Positions 38,865 through 43,973 of a stretch of 43,973 nucleotides of DNA are shown here, in pieces. The stretch is taken from positions 1-43,973 of the forward strand of contig MU271534.1 in the NCBI GenBank assembly GCA_021432655.1, written 5' to 3'. Under the pieces are notes generated by a model that saw only the letters and a list, made by a program, of their open reading frames with translations, had not been told where the DNA came from and ran no database searches. Source of the stretch: Atractiella rhizophila. Its lineage: Eukaryota. Positions within the stretch are counted from its first letter, which is position 1; each line of letters starts with the position of its first letter. The position numbers were made by a program, and so were the translations under genes.

Positions 38865-41521
38865 ATGTCACACGACACGGATAAAAAGGCTGTTATTACA
38901 GATGATGAAGCTGAGCTTGCTCGGTTGGGATACAAGCAGGAGTTGAAGAGGGATTGGTCTTTGTTGTGCGTTTCCTCATTCTTCTCTATCCTTCTCTACT
39001 TGCTCCTTGATTCTCTTTTCATTCTCGCTCGCTTCATATTCTATTTCGAAATCTAAAAGATGTAGTAAACTAACATTTGATTGGAGGGCAGGCAAAACTT
39101 TGGCGTCTCCTTCTCAATCATCTCCGTTATCAGTGTGCCCGCCTCTCTTCCTCATTCTCTCCATACTGACCAAACCAATAGCGGGGATATCAACTCTCTT
39201 CCTCTATGGTCTCACAACCGGCGGACCAGGTCTGTCCCTTAATTTTCCTTCGATGATGAGAGGCTAACCTGTCTGCAAACTGCAATGAAGCGGTAATGTC
39301 GATAAGCTGGATAATCGTCGCCTTCTTCACTCTCATCGTCGGACTGGCGATGGCTGAGATCTGTTCTTCCATTCCTACTTCTGGAGGTCCATACTGTTCG
39401 CGTCTTTCGCTTTCTCCTTTTCCAGATACACTCTGAGGAATACTTTGCGTGGTGTGCAACAGTTTGGTCTGCAATGCTCGCATCCCCAGGACAGTCCGCG
39501 ATTGCAGCTTGGATCACAGGATGGTTTAATGTCGGTCTTTCTTGCCTTCGCCTGAGTTCGTGCTCATGTATCGGGTACAGCTTTTAGGACAAGTTGCAGT
39601 GACCACTGGGATATCTTAGTATGTCGCTCGCTGCACCAGCATTGAGGATGCTGAGAAGAGGTTATAGTGGATGCTCCAACTTCATCGCAACAACCGCGGT
39701 ATGCTTTACTCTCACCATCGAGCCGCCCGCTTGTCTGACTATTTTGTGCATGATATAGACACTAGTACGTCTTACTATTATGATTTCGCAGAGTGCAAGC
39801 ATTGAGGGATGGATAGCATACCGGATTTGAGCCTAACAGTAGACATGTCATTGGTATTTATGCAGGAGTACTGGTCACGCAAGGTGCTCTCCCTGCATCC
39901 TTCCCAACTCTTCCTCCTTCACTAAACTGACTCCGTCCTGGATAAAAAGGATTAATCAACACCTTCGGCGTCCACCTCCTCAAATACCTCAACAACGCTT
40001 CCGTCGTGTTCCACAGCGCCGGCATATTCAGTATCGCTGTTGCGGTCCTGGCGAAAGCTCCAAAGCTTCAAAGTGCTAGCTTCGTGTTTGGGAAGTTTGT
40101 TGATGCGACTGGAGTTGGAGAAGACGGAGTGGGATGGGGACAGCGGGCCAGCAAGGCTTATGTGGCAGTCATAGGTATGACCCTCTCCCCTCTCTTCCAT
40201 CTCTGTCAAGAGAAACAGAGGCTTATGTGATGTCGGATAGGTATCCTCGTTGCTCAGTACACCATGACCGGCTTCGATGCCTCCGCTCACCTTTCAGAAG
40301 AAACACATAACGCTGCCCTTCGCGCTCCGCAAGGGATTATCATCTCCATCCTCTGTTCAGCTGTCTTCGGATGGTTCCTCCTCCTCTCCCTCCTCTTCTC
40401 CATTCAGAACCTCGATGGCGTTCTAAATAGCGCAACCGGTCAGCCCGTCGCACAGATTTACATTGATGCAGTAGGCACCAATGGTGCGATTGCTATGCTC
40501 ACAGTCACAAGTTCGTCGCCCCTTTGTCGCTTCGGAGAGCGCGCATTGTGACACAAGTGACGGATAGTCATTTGCATGTATCTCTGCGGAACCTTCTCCA
40601 TCACCTCCAACAGTCGAATGATGTATGCTTTCTCGAGAGATGGAGCTCTGCCTCTCAGCCGATTCTGGCACCATGTCGACGAGAAGCGTAAGAGCCCAAT
40701 TCGCACAGGTTTGTTTTTCGCTCATCTGAGGGCATGGTAGAGTCCAAGTGCAAACGTGACTTTGATGGATAGTGTGGCTCGCCGTCCTGCTCTCATTCTG
40801 CCTCGGCTCCCATCCCTTGGTTCTGCCGTCGCCTTCTCAGCTGCGACTTCAATAGCTACATCTGGACTGTACATCTCTTACGGTGCTTTTCTCCCCTATC
40901 GATTTCTGCCTTGATCCACCGCTGAGTTGATTATGATTGGGCTACTAGTGATACCTGTAGCGTTCAGGATGATTGAGCGCAAAAATTTTAAGAAGGGTCC
41001 TTTCCATTTGGGGAGAATGAGTATGCCAGTCGCTTTCGTGGCTATTGCATGGGTGTGTTTTTAACCATCGTCTTTGTCTTGTGCGTCTTTATCTCCGTTT
41101 ATCAAATCTTCTCGTTGAATGATTGTGGCGTCGTTAAAAAGGCCAGAACTCAATCCCATCACATCACAAACGCGTCCGTTTCATCTCCTCCCCTATCAAA
41201 TATTGCTGATTCGCAATGATTCGCGAACGTTGTCACACTAACTGCAGTCAATTATACGCCTGTTGCTTGTGGCGCTATCCTTGTTGGCTCTCTCTTCTGG
41301 TGGTTCCTTGATGCCAGGAAATGGTTCAAGGGCCCAATACGGCAGATCGAAGCTGAGAGACTCGTGCGTCCCTTTTCGCATCCTTTTTTGAAGGCAACAG
41401 CCTTGATCCATACTTTCGCTCTAGGGAATTGATATAACCGAGCCCTGGAGCGTTGGAAAAAGCGGAGAGAGAGGGAAGGTTGGGAAAAGAGGATAGCGTG
41501 AGTGAGGAGAAAGCAGCTTAA
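38865..41521 (+). CDS. APC-superfamily amino acid/GABA permease (UGA4/TPO5/HNM1-like), many short introns
   Basis: DEAELARLGYKQELKRDWSLL|QNFGVSFSIISVI, LAMAEICSSIPTSGGPY, AWITGWFN, AQYTMTGFDASAHLSEETHNA, SNSRMMYAFSRDGALP, FKKGPFHLG and ARKWFKGP; stop at 41519-41521. Three apparent 1-nt homopolymer frameshifts near 40807, 41060 and 41444. Confidence 0.9.
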
Positions 41522-41651
41522 TCCCGTTTAGAGTGGTAAGTTCTCGTTCAATTCTCAGAGGAGTTTGAGAAGAGCTTGAGCGGTGGGACAGTTTTTATGT
41601 CTTGGGATCCAAGGATGGGTTTGGAGCGTCTCTACCTTCAACTCTGTGCTC

Positions 41652-41813
41652 CTATCGGTGCAATACACCTTTTAATTTCTCGTTTTCTGATATTTTGCGT
41701 CCCCGAAAGAATACTATATTNNNNNNNNNNNNNNNNNNNNNNNNNCTATCGGTGCAATACACCTTTTAATTTCTCGTTTCTGATATTTTGCGTCCCCGAA
41801 AGAATACTATATT
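41652..41813. other. Assembly gap (N 41721-41746) with ~68-nt duplicated flanks
   Basis: ctatcggtgcaatacacc...gaaagaatactatatt occurs on both sides of the Ns and differs only in a T-run length, typical of an unmerged contig overlap. Confidence 0.9.
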
Positions 41814-43973
41814 CGCACCACAAAACTTGACACCTTTTTTCAACACTGAATTTGGCAGAGAGAAGCAGCTCTCTTCATTCAAGCAGGGACATGCCGAAAC
41901 ACATATATCTTATCTTTGATTTTTTGCGTGGAAAGGAGTGAATAAGATCAATACTCTTATAAATATTCACCTCCAAAGAGGATACCTCTTTGGCCCACCA
42001 ATGGACAAGTTGACGGAGTGCGTAAAAGGCGGGATTTGGCTGGGGTGGGGCAAACTCCGACAGCCAAACTTTGTTCTGTCGGACTTTACACAGCAAATTG
42101 TCCCTCACAGAACTGCTCTTCACGTTTACCCTTCCTACTGCTTCAAAAGAGCTGCAACAGCTTAGATGCTTGGTACAAGTGTAGACAAGATTGATGAGAA
42201 TGTTATAGCAAAGTTTGAAGGAAATTGGAAGTCGGTTGTCTAAGTTAGAGATGGATTTTCAATCTGTCCCATTGGTGGGTACTGTCCCACACGTGGTGGC
42301 AAATACAGTAGAATCGAAGTGTGATCGCGTCCGAACATTGCCTCAATATGTCTCAAGGATTGCAAATGCAGCAAGGAATGCGAACGCATTGTTTGTTATT
42401 TGCCTGCTTGTTTTGCCGCAGCAAACCTTCTATGCGATAAGGTTGGTCATATCGAAATCATTCCAAGTTTGCCATTAGTATTGGACACTTGAACCAACTT
42501 GAACCTGAGCGCTTGAACTTGAAGAATAAACCAGATTTGCACAGTGAGAACGTGTTACTCGTGCATCCTACAGAGACAAGAGGTGCGTCTGATTCCACTT
42601 TGCCAAACTAACTTGGAGCTTTCATAGTCTTGGTTGACAGAATATTCAAGGTAAGAATTGTTTCTAATAGAAATGTTTATGTAGAAACCGAGAAATCGGT
42701 CTGTTTTTGCTGCGTACGACCCGGAGGAGGGTCTAGTAAATGAAAATCAACCTCAGTGGAAGAAACTGAAGACTTTGCGCCGCGTTCAAACGCGTCATTT
42801 AATATTTTCACTCTCCCATTCTTAAGCTGTTGTGAAGGTGGAAATTTACTAGGACGTTCGTTCTCTTTCTGTATCACTACGCGTCGCTGTTCACTTTCCC
42901 TTGACGGAAGGCACGAGACCGTTGAGTGATTCATGTGATGAGAAGCGTACAATTGAAGTGGAGTGTTTTGGTTTCTCACTCTGGCGACTTACTGTTGTTT
43001 CCTCCTGAATATACGCTCACTTTCTATCTCTGGAGCAAGGAAAACGGAAGATGCGGTTTCGAACAGAAGTCTCAAACATCCAAACCTTTACACGTTTGTC
43101 CCTGTCCCTTCCTCCTTCATATATGGAGACACCGATTGAAATGAAATGGAACTTACAGGTCTTGTCGGATCCCTCGTACCCTTCTCTCCTGACGCTGCAA
43201 TTCTCAAACTCACTCCTTCCAAGGTCTGCCTCGCCGCATGGTCCTACCGCTTCTGAGTCTTTCTAGCCAGTATTGCTGATCGTTGGACTATGGTAGATTC
43301 ACTTGATTTGCGCCTCGCCATCCGGGACTGGTTTAAATGATGAAGAAGAGGACGAGCTCGAGAGGTTCCAGGGAGAGAGCGTGAGGGGAGGAGGTGGGGG
43401 TTGTCAAGTATGGAGGTCAGTCTCTTCACTCTTGTCTCCCCTCTCGCTTCCTGGCTTTTATTAATTTTCTCTTGTGACGTGTTGGATGGATAACAAGTAA
43501 TATTAACGAATCACTCATCTTCTCCGATTATCGAATAGAATCAAACAACCAAAATGAGATATACTTGGAGATTCAATCGCTTGACTCTATGCACGTACGA
43601 CATCTATATCATCATTCTGCATTTGATGCTTGTAAACTGAGGAAGCGAATAGCGAGCTCTGAAGTCGGCCGCCGAAGCTTCATCGCTCATAATGCGACTT
43701 TGCAAAAAGGGAGGGAAGCCGATACTCTCCCTAGATATCAGAGTAGCGGTGCGTCACCGTCCGCTGTATCCCTCAGATTACTTCTTTCTTAGTTTCCATG
43801 CCTCATTCTGACCTAATATTGGCACGGGAAAACAGACGATGTCAAATCGCGAGACTCTGATTGTCCAAGATATCGCAATAAAAGTCCTGAAGCCATCGGA
43901 GATGAATTCTTTTACCGAACCATTGTGCCCAGAACCCCCGGTGCTTCCCTCTCTCCTATTCCACTCACCGCCG

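Noticed and set aside
40800..41450. Three frameshifts suggesting the permease is a pseudogene
   Set aside because: All are +/-1 changes in short homopolymers close to a contig end, and the protein is otherwise conserved with intact splice sites. Sequencing error is more likely.
41652..41813. Direct repeat around the N gap
   Set aside because: The copies differ only in a homopolymer length and flank the Ns directly, so this is an unmerged contig overlap rather than biology.
41820..43973. Possible gene or pseudogene fragments right of the gap, including minus-strand splice signals near 43150, 43300 and 43968
   Set aside because: I could not assemble a stop-free spliced frame or recognise a family. 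It may be the degenerate 3' part of a gene starting outside the window.

Overview
Intron-rich fungal genomic DNA with 45-80 nt GT-AG introns. A basidiomycete, possibly Pucciniomycotina, is an inference from gene and intron style. Splicing by hand gives about 14 protein-coding genes: a zinc-ribbon protein, a secreted cupredoxin-DUF3455 fusion, Ste20/PAK kinase, an HSL-family esterase, kynurenine 3-monooxygenase, a Zn2Cys6 transcription factor, a Gfo/Idh/MocA oxidoreductase, a DUF676-like hydrolase, a DJ-1/PfpI protein, a large HMG-box transcription factor, a LURP-one-related protein, a tiny 8-exon gene, homoserine kinase and a GABA/amino-acid permease. The most striking result is not readable from the ORF track without splicing: two divergently oriented, highly diverged Gti1/Pac2 (WOPR)-like genes about 3.7 kb apart that share three intron positions. 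One is a ~1,200-aa fusion of WOPR-like, HMG-box, C4 zinc knuckle and AT-hook modules. The other is a ~143-aa WOPR-only protein. Both have altered the canonical KRWTDG motif (to PEFEDG and SRWADG). Other notable structure includes a ~1.07-kb direct duplication whose first copy ends at a Helitron-like hairpin/CTAG terminus, three genes with 1.0-1.25 kb first introns containing antisense coding-like relics, and homopolymer frameshifts plus a duplicated gap flank that look like assembly errors. All gene models and family calls come from manual reading and motif recognition, not from database searches.
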